Shown: positions 11,250 through 21,189 of the stretch, piece after piece
How the letters are laid out: every line of letters begins with the position of its first letter
How positions within the stretch are numbered: position 1 is the first letter of the stretch
NCBI GenBank assembly: GCA_965215335.1
Contig: CBDCDA010000002.1
Location: forward strand, 192,001 to 256,000
DNA: 64,000 bases
Direction of reading: 5' to 3'
DNA from: an uncultured Candidatus Entotheonella sp.
GTDB taxonomy: Bacteria; Tectomicrobia; Entotheonellia; Entotheonellales; Entotheonellaceae
Made by a program: the position numbers and the translations under genes
Notes under the pieces: generated by a model
The model's input: the letters and a program-made list of their open reading frames with translations, nothing else
What the model was told of the DNA's origin: nothing
Databases searched by the model: none

Positions 11250-12404
11250 ATGGATTTCACGTTTGACGATACTCAACGGCAGTTGCAAACGACGATGCGG
11301 CGCTTCGTGGATTACGAGGTAATCCCGGTTGCCAGCGAATACGAGCACGCCGACGCCTACCCCGACCCCATGGTCAGGCAAATGGCGGAGATGGGTCTGT
11401 TCGGCTGTATCCTGCCGACCGAATATGGCGGCGGCGGACTCGATTACTTGAGCTACGCCATCATTTGCGAAGAGTTGTCTCGAGGCTGGATGAGCCTGGC
11501 GGGCATTCTCAATTCCCACCTCATGATGGCTCTGATGACCTGCTGGTACGGCACGGAGGTCCAGAGGCAAACCTATATACCGGCTTTCGCGACTGGTGAG
11601 CGGCGCGGCGGGCTGATGCTGACCGAGGCGAATGCCGGTTCCGACGCCGCCGCCATGCAGACGACCGCCATACGTCAGGGCGACGTGTACGTCGTCAATG
11701 GCAGCAAAGTGTTCATCACCAATGCCGAACGCGGCAACACCTTCATGCTGCTGGCCAAGACCGACCCGACGCGGCAGCCGCGGCATCGGGGCATCAGCGC
11801 CTTCCTGCTGGACAAGAGCCGCCCTGGTTTTCGGATCGGCCGGCGCGTCAAGAAGCTGGGCTACAAGGGCTTGCGTACCTGCGAGGTCATTCTGGAGGAT
11901 TGCCAGATTCCGCGGGATTGCCTGATCGGGGAAGAAGGCCACGGCTTTAGATACGTGCTGTCGGCGCTTGAGGTCGGGCGTATCAACATCGCCGCCCGCG
12001 GTGTCGGCATGGCACGCGCCGCGTTTGAGGACTCGATTCGATACGCCCAGCAACGGGAGCAATTCGGGCAACCCATTGCCAACTTCCAGGCAATTCAGTT
12101 CAAGTTGGCCGATATGGCGACGGCAATCGAGGCGGCTCGGTTACTGACCTTCCAGGCCGCCGCCAAGAAGGACCGCGGCGAGCGCTGCGATCTGGAAGCG
12201 GGGATGGCAAAGCTCTTCGCCAGCGAGATGTGCGAGAAAGCCGCCTCGGAGGGCATTCAGATTCACGGGGGATACGGCTACACGGAGGAGTTCGCGGTGG
12301 AGCGGTACTACCGGGATGCCAAGTTGCTCACCGTCGGCGAGGGCACCAGCGAGATTCAGAGGCAGGTCATCGCCCGGCGTCTGCTGGAGTTGCACGCCAT
12401 CTGA
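11250..12404 (+). CDS. Acyl-CoA dehydrogenase
   Basis: LTEANAGSDA, NGSKVFITN, RQQFGQ-type REQFGQPI, IHGGYGY, GEGTSEIQR. Confidence 0.95.
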   Translation: MDFTFDDTQRQLQTTMRRFVDYEVIPVASEYEHADAYPDPMVRQMAEMGLFGCILPTEYGGGGLDYLSYAIICEELSRGWMSLAGILNSHLMMALMTCWYGTEVQRQTYIPAFATGERRGGLMLTEANAGSDAAAMQTTAIRQGDVYVVNGSKVFITNAERGNTFMLLAKTDPTRQPRHRGISAFLLDKSRPGFRIGRRVKKLGYKGLRTCEVILEDCQIPRDCLIGEEGHGFRYVLSALEVGRINIAARGVGMARAAFEDSIRYAQQREQFGQPIANFQAIQFKLADMATAIEAARLLTFQAAAKKDRGERCDLEAGMAKLFASEMCEKAASEGIQIHGGYGYTEEFAVERYYRDAKLLTVGEGTSEIQRQVIARRLLELHAI

Positions 12405-12416
12405 TCCTATCCAATC

Positions 12417-14369
12417 TTATCTTCGCGCCGCTTCAACGGGTCCGCTGACCTTGGCGGGTTCCTGCCTGGCGGCCCCGTCGCTCTGGTCTGCCTGACTTGA
12501 GGTACGCCGTCGCCACCAGCCACGCGCGCGGCGCGTCAGACGCCCGGCCGTCTGCCGGCCGGACCGCGTCCCAGCCGTGGCAACCGGCGGTTCGCCATTG
12601 CTGTCATGACGTTCCAAACGTCTCGACCCCGAATTGAATCGCCAGAAAACCCGCCCGCGAATCCCGCTCTGGGACACCGCCGTCTCGGCGTTGATGACAA
12701 CAGGCTGCAACGGAACCGGATCGACCTCGGCCGCCGGTTTTGACGCCTGCCCTTCCGGCTCTTCCACACGGGCGCTGCGACCGCGGCGCCGATACGCACC
12801 GCCAGCCGTCAAACGAGCCGAGGATTCCTTGTTCTCCTTGGCCGTCGCTTTTTCAATCGCCGCAGTCCCCGGCTCGGGCGCCGGACGCCTGACGAACTCC
12901 ATGGTGTGCTCGTTCTGCCGTGCCAACGGGTTACCGGCCAGGCTGAGCGTCAGGTTGTATTCTTCTTCCAGATGGGCGATTTCCTTGCGTTTCTGATTTA
13001 GCAGGTAGAACGCCACGTCCATCGGCAGTTGCGCGTTGACGGCTGCCAGGGTGTCCTTGGCGGCTTCCACGCGAATCCGGCGCAGAACCGATAGCGCAAA
13101 AGCCACCGTCGACCGGATCAAACCGCTGCCCTCGCAATGCGGACAGCTCTGGTAATTGCCCTCGAGGATGGTCGGTTTGAGCCGCTGGCGCGATAATTCC
13201 AGCAACCCGAACTGGGAAATGCGCGCCACCTGCGTACGTGCCTTGTCCCGCTTGACCGCCTGCCGCAGCGTCTTCTCGATTTCCTGATTGTGCTTGGCGT
13301 TACGCATGTCAATGAAATCAATGACGATGAGCCCGCCGAGGTCGCGTAAACGTAGCTGTCGGGCGACCTCCTGGGCCGCCTCCATGTTGGTCTTGAAGGC
13401 CGTCTCCTCGATCGTCTTTTCCCGCGTCGCGCGCCCCGAATTCACGTCGATGGCAACGAGGGCTTCGGTCTGGTCGATGACAATGGAACCGCCTTGTTTC
13501 AGATTGACCTTGTGGCTGTAGACGGTCTCCAACTGCTCCTCAAGCTGGTACTTGGCAAACAGCGGCTTTTTCTCGCGGTACAGCTTCACGCGGCTGTGGT
13601 ATCGCGGCATCACCGCCTGAAAGAAGTCCCGAGCGCGGGAATAGACTTCGCGGTCATCGACCAGAACTTCCTGAATGTCGGGTGTGAAATAGTCGCGGAT
13701 GGAGCGGATCACGAGATCCTGTTCCCGATAGATCAGGGCAGGGGCGGGAGACTGTTGGCTCCTGTCTTCGATGCTGGCCCACAAACGTTGCAGGTACGCC
13801 ATGTCGCGCTGCAACTCGGCTTTGTTGCGGTTCAGCCCGGCGGTGCGCACGATGATGCCCATGTTCGGGGGCGGTTCGAGCTGGGTGACGATCTCTTTGA
13901 GCTTCCTGCGTTCTTCCTCATCCTCAATTTTACGCGAGATGCCGCCCGAGGTCTCCGACTCGGGCATGAGCACCAGATAGCGCCCCGGCAGGGAGATGTA
14001 GGTGCTGAGGCTGGCGCCCTTGGTGCCCAGTTCCTCTTTGACCACCTGCACGATGACTCTCTGGTTGCGCTGCAGCACGTCCTGTATGCGGGGGCGGCGT
14101 TCGCGGTCTTCCGCGGATTTGCCGTCGTCGTTAAACCACCGGGTATGGATCTCGCCAATGGGCAGGAAGCCGTGCCGGTTGCCGCCATAGTCTACGAACG
14201 CCGCCTGCAAGCTTGGTTCGACTTTGACGATGACGCCGTTGTAGATGTTGCCTTTGATCTGCTCCTTGCTGGACGTCTCAATGGTGAATTCTTCCAGAAT
14301 GCCATCTTCGACGATGGCGACGCGGCTTTCTTCCTCATCCGCGACGTTAATGAGCATCCGTTTCTTCAT
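12417..14369 (-). CDS. rne: Ribonuclease E/G family
   Basis: KRMLIN, GNIYNG..VEPSLQAAFVDYG, AIDVNSG, LRDLGGLIVIDFIDM, CPHCEG; basic disordered C-terminal tail. Confidence 0.93.
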   Translation of the reverse strand: MKKRMLINVADEEESRVAIVEDGILEEFTIETSSKEQIKGNIYNGVIVKVEPSLQAAFVDYGGNRHGFLPIGEIHTRWFNDDGKSAEDRERRPRIQDVLQRNQRVIVQVVKEELGTKGASLSTYISLPGRYLVLMPESETSGGISRKIEDEEERRKLKEIVTQLEPPPNMGIIVRTAGLNRNKAELQRDMAYLQRLWASIEDRSQQSPAPALIYREQDLVIRSIRDYFTPDIQEVLVDDREVYSRARDFFQAVMPRYHSRVKLYREKKPLFAKYQLEEQLETVYSHKVNLKQGGSIVIDQTEALVAIDVNSGRATREKTIEETAFKTNMEAAQEVARQLRLRDLGGLIVIDFIDMRNAKHNQEIEKTLRQAVKRDKARTQVARISQFGLLELSRQRLKPTILEGNYQSCPHCEGSGLIRSTVAFALSVLRRIRVEAAKDTLAAVNAQLPMDVAFYLLNQKRKEIAHLEEEYNLTLSLAGNPLARQNEHTMEFVRRPAPEPGTAAIEKATAKENKESSARLTAGGAYRRRGRSARVEEPEGQASKPAAEVDPVPLQPVVINAETAVSQSGIRGRVFWRFNSGSRRLERHDSNGEPPVATAGTRSGRQTAGRLTRRARGWWRRRTSSQADQSDGAARQEPAKVSGPVEAARR

Positions 14370-14534
14370 CTAAACCTTCTCTGATCAGGATTTGCATAGG
14401 GTGGATAGTCGTAGGTATCGGGATGGCCGTTGCCAAATGAATTGCGGGGACGATCTGTAACCGCGTAGCACAAATGCGCGGCAAGTGCAAGTGTAACATG
14501 ATATCGGCGTGATGCAAAATTTGGCGCCGTGGTG

Positions 14535-14930
14535 TTACGGCTGGGCATACTCGATCAGGACGCCGCGATTGGACTTGGGATGCAAGAAACAGATCATGCC
14601 GGCCAGTCCGGCGCGCGGCTGCTCATCGATCAGCGTCACGCCGCGCCGTTTGGCGGTTTCCATCTCCTGGCCGACGTCGTCCGTTTCGAAGCACAGATGA
14701 TGTAAACCTTCTCCCCGCTGGGCTAGAAAACGGGCCACTCCGGTTCCTGGCGCAATCGGTTCCAGCAACTCAATCTCGCTCTCACCGATGGTCAGCAGGG
14801 CAGCTCTGACGCCCTGATCCTGGATGATCGCTTCCTTGTGCACTGGAAGGGACAGGGCATCACGATAAAAGGCATAGGCCTCATCCAGGCTGCGTACCAC
14901 AATGCCGATGTGGTGGATTTTGGTCAGCAT
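14535..14930 (-). CDS. mce: Methylmalonyl-CoA epimerase (VOC family)
   Basis: IHHIGIVV, IELLEP, GEGLHHLCF, FLHPKS..GVLIE. Confidence 0.88.
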   Translation of the reverse strand: MLTKIHHIGIVVRSLDEAYAFYRDALSLPVHKEAIIQDQGVRAALLTIGESEIELLEPIAPGTGVARFLAQRGEGLHHLCFETDDVGQEMETAKRRGVTLIDEQPRAGLAGMICFLHPKSNRGVLIEYAQP

Positions 14931-14956
14931 GACGTCTCCCGCCGCTTGGCGCCGAC

Positions 14957-16042
14957 TCAGCCGATATAGCCCCGATACGCCAGCAACTCCGCCGTCAGCA
15001 CCGTGCCCTTGGCGGCGCCCATCTTGGTATTGTGTGACAAGAGCACGTATTGCAGGCCGTTCTCGAAGGCGCTGTCACTCCGCAAACGGCCCACGCTGGT
15101 GGCCATGCCGTCGTCCAGCGCGCGGTCCAGACGCGGCTGCGGCCGGAACGGGTCGTCGTGCACGACGATGAGGCGCTGCGGCGCGGAGGGCAGTCCCGGT
15201 TGAACGAATTCCGCGCCGAAACCGTCGAAGGCATCTCGCGCCTCGGCCACCGTGGCCGGCCGCGTGGTGAGCGCCAGTACGCTCTCGGTGTGCCCCTCCA
15301 ACACCGGCACGCGGGTGCACGTCGCACTCATGCGAATCGCGGCCGGTTGCAGACCGTCCGCCGTATAGTGACCGAGAATCTTGCACGTCTCCCGCCGTAC
15401 TTTCTCTTCTTCTCTGGGGATGTAGGGAATCACATTGTCGATGATGTCCAGACCCAGAACGCCGCCATGACGTCCGGCGCCGGAGATGGCCTGCAACGAG
15501 GTCATGACGACGGCTTCCAGGCCGAAGCGTTGCGCCAGGGGAGCCAACGTGATGGCCAGCCCGACCGTGGTGCAATTCGGGTTGGGCGCGATGAATCCTC
15601 GCCAGCCGCGCGTTTTGCGCTGCTTGTCGATCAGTCTGGTATGCTCATCATTGACGCCCGGCAACAGCACCGGCACGTCATCGTCGTAGCGAAAGGCCGA
15701 GGCCGTGCTGATGACCGGCGTGCTGCGCGCATATTGGGATTCGAGTGTCCGGGCGGCGTCCGATTCGACGGCGCTGAAAATCACGTCGAAACGCGTTGCG
15801 TCGAGGTCGGCGGCGTTTTCCACAGGCAGGTCGAAGAGGCTGTCGTCCGGCGGTGACTCGTCGTACCACTGCAAGGAGCCACCGGGGGCGCCCCGCAGTG
15901 CCTCGCCATACGAGCGGCCCGCCGACCGCTGCGACGCGGCCAAGGCGGCAATGGTGAACCAGGGGTGTTCCTGCAAAGCCAGGATGAACTGTTGTCCGAC
16001 GATGCCTGTGGCGCCAACGATGGCGGCCTTGAGCCTGCTCAT
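14957..16042 (-). CDS. asd: Aspartate-semialdehyde dehydrogenase (archaeal/fungal-like subtype)
   Basis: IVGATGIVGQ, NPNCTT, QAISGAG, CTRVPVLEGH, LSHNTKMGAA, RPQPRLD. Confidence 0.93.
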   Translation of the reverse strand: MSRLKAAIVGATGIVGQQFILALQEHPWFTIAALAASQRSAGRSYGEALRGAPGGSLQWYDESPPDDSLFDLPVENAADLDATRFDVIFSAVESDAARTLESQYARSTPVISTASAFRYDDDVPVLLPGVNDEHTRLIDKQRKTRGWRGFIAPNPNCTTVGLAITLAPLAQRFGLEAVVMTSLQAISGAGRHGGVLGLDIIDNVIPYIPREEEKVRRETCKILGHYTADGLQPAAIRMSATCTRVPVLEGHTESVLALTTRPATVAEARDAFDGFGAEFVQPGLPSAPQRLIVVHDDPFRPQPRLDRALDDGMATSVGRLRSDSAFENGLQYVLLSHNTKMGAAKGTVLTAELLAYRGYIG

Positions 16043-16182
16043 ACAACCTCGTCAATCTGGAAAATGGGTGCGCTTCAACCCGGCAGGGAGGATGCTTGCT
16101 TCCCCTCAGAGGCTTTGCGAGAATGGCCGCCCTCGGTGTCATGGAAGGGAAGCGTAAACGCGCAAGAACAGCGGAGGATGCC

Positions 16183-18027
16183 ATGCAGGGATACCACGGG
16201 CGCATACTGAATGTCAACCTGAGCAACGGCCAAGCTGCTATCGAAACATTCGATGAGGCTTTTGCCAAGCAGTATCTCGGCGGCAACGGTTTCGCCATCC
16301 GTTTGCTGTACGAGCGTCTGGCCGCGGGCATCGATCCCCTGGCACCCGAAAACATGATCGTTTTTGCCGTTGGCCCCACTACCGACACCACCATTCCCGG
16401 CGCCACGCGCTGTTGTGCCGGCACGAAATCCCCGCTGACCGGCCTGTTTTTCGACACCACCTTTGGCGGCATGTTCGCGGCGGCCCAGAAGCGCAGCGGC
16501 TTCGAAGCTATCGCCATCACTGGCCACGCCGCCGAGCCCGTTTACCTGTTGGTGCACGAGAAAGGCGCCGAGATCAAGCCCGCCACCGACTTGTGGGGGC
16601 GTTATACGCAGGAAACCAACCACGCCATCCGCGACCGCGAGGGGGGCAACGTGGAGGTTTGCGCCATCGGACCGGCGGGCGAAAATCGGGTGCGCTACGC
16701 CTGCGCTGTGCATACTTGGGACAAGAGCCGCGATGGGGTCGCCGGGCGCGGCGGCCTTGGCGCGGTCATGGGCTCCAAGCACCTCAAGGCGGTTGCCGTG
16801 TCGGGCAAGCGCAAGACCCCTGTCGCCGATCCCGATGCCATCAAAACGCTGCTGGGCGAGACTCGCGAGCCGATGAAGGTCGGCACCGCGGCGCTGAAGA
16901 ACTACGGCACGACCATCCTGGTCAACATGGTGAACAAAATCGGAGCTCTGGGCGTACGCAACCTCCAGACCGAATGGTATGACAAGGCCGATGCCATCTC
17001 CGGCGAGACCTACAAAGCGACCTATTTCGACAAAGACACGACCTGCTTCAAGTGCCCGGTGGCCTGCGGCAAGGACTTTCACGTGCACGACGGCGAATAC
17101 GCCGGCACCCGCTGGAAAATGCCGGAATACGAAACGATCTATGCCCTTGGCTCCATGCTGGACAACGCCCACAAGGGGTCCATCGTCAAGGCCAACGAAC
17201 TGTGCGATCAGTTGGGCATGGACACGATCAGCCTCGGCGTCACCCTGGCGTTTGCCTTTGAATGCTTCGAGAAGGGGCTGCTGAGCCAAGAACGCGCCGG
17301 TCGCGACCTCAATTTCGGCGACTACCACGCGATCCTCGACCTCATCGAGGATACGGCTTACCGGCGTGGCCTGGGGGATGTGCTGGCCGAGGGTTCGGCG
17401 CGCTTGGCGGCGCAATTGGGAAACGAAGCCAGCTGCTTCCTGTATGCCGTCAAGGCACTGGAAATGCCGGCCCACTCCGCCCGCGTGCTCAAGGGCATGA
17501 GCCTCGGTTACGCGACCTCGACGCGCGGCGGCAGCCATCATGACACCCGCCCGACGCTGCAATACGGCACCGAGCACGACAATACGACGCCCGACGGCAA
17601 GCCTGAATTCGCCGTGCATAACCAGCATTTCACCGCCGTGGGCGATTCACTGACGCAGTGCCGTTTCGTCAGCGAACGCGGCTTCGGCGGCATGCTGAAC
17701 GAGCACTACCCCCGCATGATCAACGCCGTCACCGGCTGGGACCTGTCGCTGGAGGACGTCGAGCGCATCGGCGAGCGCATCTGGAACCTGGAGCGGGCTT
17801 TCAACGTGCGCGAGGGCATCGGGCGCGAGCAGGACGTGCTACCGCATCGGGTCATGCACGAGCCGGTACCCGAAGGCATGCACCAAGGCATGCACTGCCC
17901 GCCGGACGAATTGAACGGCATGCTGGACAGTTATTACGCGCTGCGCGGCTGGACGTCTGACGGCGTGCCGACGCCCGAGCGACTGCAGGCCCTGGGATTG
18001 GCCGAGCTTGTCGGAAACGGCAAGTAG
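16183..18027 (+). CDS. Aldehyde:ferredoxin oxidoreductase (W/Mo-pterin)
   Basis: YLGGNG, KSPLTG, IGPAGEN, AGRGGLGAVMGSKHLKA, CFKCPVAC, EYET, DQLGMDTIS. Confidence 0.93.
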   Translation: MQGYHGRILNVNLSNGQAAIETFDEAFAKQYLGGNGFAIRLLYERLAAGIDPLAPENMIVFAVGPTTDTTIPGATRCCAGTKSPLTGLFFDTTFGGMFAAAQKRSGFEAIAITGHAAEPVYLLVHEKGAEIKPATDLWGRYTQETNHAIRDREGGNVEVCAIGPAGENRVRYACAVHTWDKSRDGVAGRGGLGAVMGSKHLKAVAVSGKRKTPVADPDAIKTLLGETREPMKVGTAALKNYGTTILVNMVNKIGALGVRNLQTEWYDKADAISGETYKATYFDKDTTCFKCPVACGKDFHVHDGEYAGTRWKMPEYETIYALGSMLDNAHKGSIVKANELCDQLGMDTISLGVTLAFAFECFEKGLLSQERAGRDLNFGDYHAILDLIEDTAYRRGLGDVLAEGSARLAAQLGNEASCFLYAVKALEMPAHSARVLKGMSLGYATSTRGGSHHDTRPTLQYGTEHDNTTPDGKPEFAVHNQHFTAVGDSLTQCRFVSERGFGGMLNEHYPRMINAVTGWDLSLEDVERIGERIWNLERAFNVREGIGREQDVLPHRVMHEPVPEGMHQGMHCPPDELNGMLDSYYALRGWTSDGVPTPERLQALGLAELVGNGK

Positions 18028-18036
18028 AACGCGAGC

Positions 18037-18423
18037 ATGCGACTGACCATCACGACGCATCTTTTTGGCTTGCCGACCGGCCAACGCACGGTGCCGGTGT
18101 CCGTCACGGTACCGTCGGCAGGCCTCAGCGTGCGGGAACTCATTGCGCGGAAGATTGAGCAGGAATGGTCGGAGTGTACTGACCAGCAAAGGCCGGGCCT
18201 CAGTGGCGAGGCGTTCTCGTCCGAAGCGCTTCTAGGCGTTGCGCCGCTCGCCCTGCAGGGTGACGCTCGCGAGGAAGTCGAACGCGCTCAACAGGCGTTT
18301 GCGGCCCGCGAGTTTATGATTGTTGTCGACAATCAGCGGGTCTGCGACCCCGACAAAGTCCTGGTCATCAACCCGGACACCCGTGTGGAATTCATCAAAA
18401 TCCTGCCCATGGTCGGGGGATGA
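18037..18423 (+). CDS. Ubiquitin-like (MoaD/ThiS-related) protein ending in Gly-Gly, with a helical insertion
   Basis: C-terminal VEFIKILPMVGG; beta-grasp-like N- and C-terminal parts; 128 aa; directly after AOR. Confidence 0.7.
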   Translation: MRLTITTHLFGLPTGQRTVPVSVTVPSAGLSVRELIARKIEQEWSECTDQQRPGLSGEAFSSEALLGVAPLALQGDAREEVERAQQAFAAREFMIVVDNQRVCDPDKVLVINPDTRVEFIKILPMVGG

Positions 18424-18429
18424 CTCGCC

Positions 18430-19776
18430 TTACCGTACCTTGATTCCCACCTCTGCCATCATTCCCGGCTTCAGCAGATTGTCCAGGTTCTCAACCGCGA
18501 TGCGTACCGGGATGCGCTGCGTCACCTTGATGAAGTGGGCCGAGGCGCTGCCGGCCGGGATAATGGCGAATTCGGACCGTGTGGCGGCGCCGATTTGGTG
18601 CACCTGGCCCTGAAACGATCGCTCGGGGTAGGCGTCCACCGCGATGTCCACCGATTGTCCCAACTGCACTTGGCGAATCCGGGTTTCCTCGATGTTGGCG
18701 CTGATCCACACGTCCTGTGGGTCGTTCACAATGGCGATCGGCTGCCCGGCCTGGACGCGCTCGCCGGAATCGGTAATCGCCTGACTGACGAAGCCGGCCA
18801 CTGGGCTGTGGATGACCGTCTTTTCCAGCCGCAGGCGCGCCAGGGCGAGTTCGGTTCCGGCCTCCTTGACCTTGGCGCGGAGATTCTTCACCACCGCAGC
18901 CTGTGCCATGTTGCGCTGGCGCTCGGCCACCGCCAGGGTTTTCAGCACTTGGGACTCTTCGACCTTCTGTTCCTGAGTGCGCACGTTTTCGAGGCGCAGT
19001 TGCACGCGCCGGCTTTCAGCTCTGGCCTTTTGCAGTAGCGCGAGATCCTTGTCCAGACTCTTCTGTATCGATTGGTGTTGGGCCAATGCGAGATCGTGGG
19101 CTGCCGTCATTTGGTCCCGCTGCTCGGCGGGGATGATGCCATCCTGAAACAGTTGCATGGCGCGCTCGTTCTCGGCCGCCGCCACGTCGAGTTGCGCTTT
19201 GGTGCCTGCCACCTGGGCTCTCGCCTCCTCGACGGCGGCTTCCTGTTCCCGCAACTCAGCCTGCACGCGCTCGTTTTCGAGCTGTGCGGCGCCCTGGATT
19301 TCACTGAGTTGGCTCTGCGAGGCGTTCAGGACGGCCTCGGAGCGTTCGATGTGGCCCTCGGTCAGGGCCTGCACCAATTCGTGTTCGATTTCGGCGCGGG
19401 TCAGTTGACTCTGCACCGCCTCCAGAGCAGCCTGCCGTTGCGCGACTTCCAACTCGTAGAATTCCGGGTCGATGCGGGCCAACAGGTCGCCTTGCCTGAT
19501 CGGCTGCCCCGCCTTGATCGGCACGCTCAGCAAACGCCCCGGCACTTCCGCGCTCACCGTAATCAGCGTCCCCTTCACACGTGCGTCGTCGGTCGACACG
19601 TGGCGCAGCGTGTACAGCCACCACTGCACGCCGAAATAGCCGCCGACCGACAGCACCAGCACCAGTAGCGGAGCGAAAATACGCCAACGCGAGCCGCGCC
19701 GGCTGAGGGGCGGCAGCGGCGCCGACCCGCCAGCGCGAGGCGAGGGGGTGTCCAAGGGAGCGTTATCTTCAGCCAT
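18430..19776 (-). CDS. HlyD/EmrA-family membrane fusion protein
   Basis: TM helix then VSTDDARV, long coiled coil, ANIEET, VDAYP, FIKVTQRIPVRI, LKPGMMAEV. Confidence 0.92.
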   Translation of the reverse strand: MAEDNAPLDTPSPRAGGSAPLPPLSRRGSRWRIFAPLLVLVLSVGGYFGVQWWLYTLRHVSTDDARVKGTLITVSAEVPGRLLSVPIKAGQPIRQGDLLARIDPEFYELEVAQRQAALEAVQSQLTRAEIEHELVQALTEGHIERSEAVLNASQSQLSEIQGAAQLENERVQAELREQEAAVEEARAQVAGTKAQLDVAAAENERAMQLFQDGIIPAEQRDQMTAAHDLALAQHQSIQKSLDKDLALLQKARAESRRVQLRLENVRTQEQKVEESQVLKTLAVAERQRNMAQAAVVKNLRAKVKEAGTELALARLRLEKTVIHSPVAGFVSQAITDSGERVQAGQPIAIVNDPQDVWISANIEETRIRQVQLGQSVDIAVDAYPERSFQGQVHQIGAATRSEFAIIPAGSASAHFIKVTQRIPVRIAVENLDNLLKPGMMAEVGIKVR

Positions 19777-20054
19777 GTACCTGTTTCCTTTGTTGTCAAA
19801 CTTCGCTCGGCATGATGCGAAAGATTGGGGGTGAGTGCCGGAGGGTCAGCGAAGCAGCTGGAGACGGTTGAGACAGCCTCGGAACATAATGCGTGATCAA
19901 CGATGGACGATAGCTTAACACAGACGGTTGTTGCAAAGGGCTGGGTTGATTTCCTGACAGATCATTGATAACTGCTCATTTGTGCATTATATTGCCCCTA
20001 TAAGAATCCGTGCTGCCAGACCCGAGTCCGCTCATTCACACGGGAGGGGTAGAC

Positions 20055-21131
20055 ATGAAACCTGACGCAAGAGACCTGCAGCCGGCCATTCGTGGGCGCG
20101 GCGCTGCCTCGAATCCTGGCAACCGTTTCGAGCCGCTGTTCTACGCCCCGGAGCCCGATAGCGAGGTGCCGCAGGACACCGCCTTTACCACCGAACTCCT
20201 CCGCGACACGTCACGGTCGGTCCTGGCCTACAACAACAGCCCGGACATCGGCTTTGACGCCAGTATCAACGCGTACCGTGGCTGCGAGCACGGCTGCATC
20301 TACTGCTATGCCAGGCCCACCCACGAATATCTCGGATTCTCTGTCGGTCTCGACTTCGAGACCAAAATCCTGGTCAAGCCCGAAGCCGCGACGCTCCTGC
20401 GCCGGGAGCTGTCGTCGCGTCGCTGGAAATCGCAGGTGGTGGTTCTGAGCGGTGCCACCGACCCCTACCAGCCCGCCGAGCGCCGTCTGCGGCTGACGCG
20501 GGCCTGCCTGGAGGTGCTGGCCGAATTCCGCAACCCGGTGGCCATCATCACCAAGAGCCACCTCGTGACCCGGGATATTGACGTGTTGGGCGAATTGGCG
20601 CGGTATCAGGCGGTGTCGGCGACGCTGTCCGTCACCAGCCTGGACGGCCGGCTCAGCCGCGTGCTCGAACCCAGGGCATCGCACCCCCGGCAACGTCTGG
20701 CGGCCATTGAGACGCTGGCGCAGGCGGGCGTGCCGGTCGGCATGATGGTGGCGCCGGTCATCCCGGGACTGAACGAGCACGAGTTGCCTGCCATTATCGA
20801 AGCCGGCAAGCAGGCCGGCGGGCAGTTCGCCGGCTACACCACGCTGCGGCTGCCGCACGGGGTAGGGCCGCTGTTCGAGCGTTGGCTGGACCAGCACGTC
20901 CCGAATAAAAAGGCCAAAATCCTCAACCGCTTGCGCAGCCTGCGCGGTGGCAAGCTGAACGACAGCCGGTTCGGCAAACGCATGCGCGGCGAAGGGCGAT
21001 ACGCCGAGCAAATCGCCGCCATGTTCGCCCTGGCCTGCCGCAAGGCAGGTTTGGCCAACGAGCACCCGAGGCTCTCGACGGCCGCCTTCCACCGCCCCGT
21101 GGAAGGACAGATGTCGCTGTTCGACAGATAG
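20055..21131 (+). CDS. Radical SAM protein, PA0069/SplB-like family
   Basis: RGRGAASNP, SPDIGFDASINAYRGCEHGCIYCYARPTHEYLG, TDPYQPAE. Confidence 0.92.
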   Translation: MKPDARDLQPAIRGRGAASNPGNRFEPLFYAPEPDSEVPQDTAFTTELLRDTSRSVLAYNNSPDIGFDASINAYRGCEHGCIYCYARPTHEYLGFSVGLDFETKILVKPEAATLLRRELSSRRWKSQVVVLSGATDPYQPAERRLRLTRACLEVLAEFRNPVAIITKSHLVTRDIDVLGELARYQAVSATLSVTSLDGRLSRVLEPRASHPRQRLAAIETLAQAGVPVGMMVAPVIPGLNEHELPAIIEAGKQAGGQFAGYTTLRLPHGVGPLFERWLDQHVPNKKAKILNRLRSLRGGKLNDSRFGKRMRGEGRYAEQIAAMFALACRKAGLANEHPRLSTAAFHRPVEGQMSLFDR

Positions 21132-21189
21132 GTCGAATAGTACCTGCAAAATAGGACGAAGCACGATCAGTTTCTCATTCATTCAGTCA

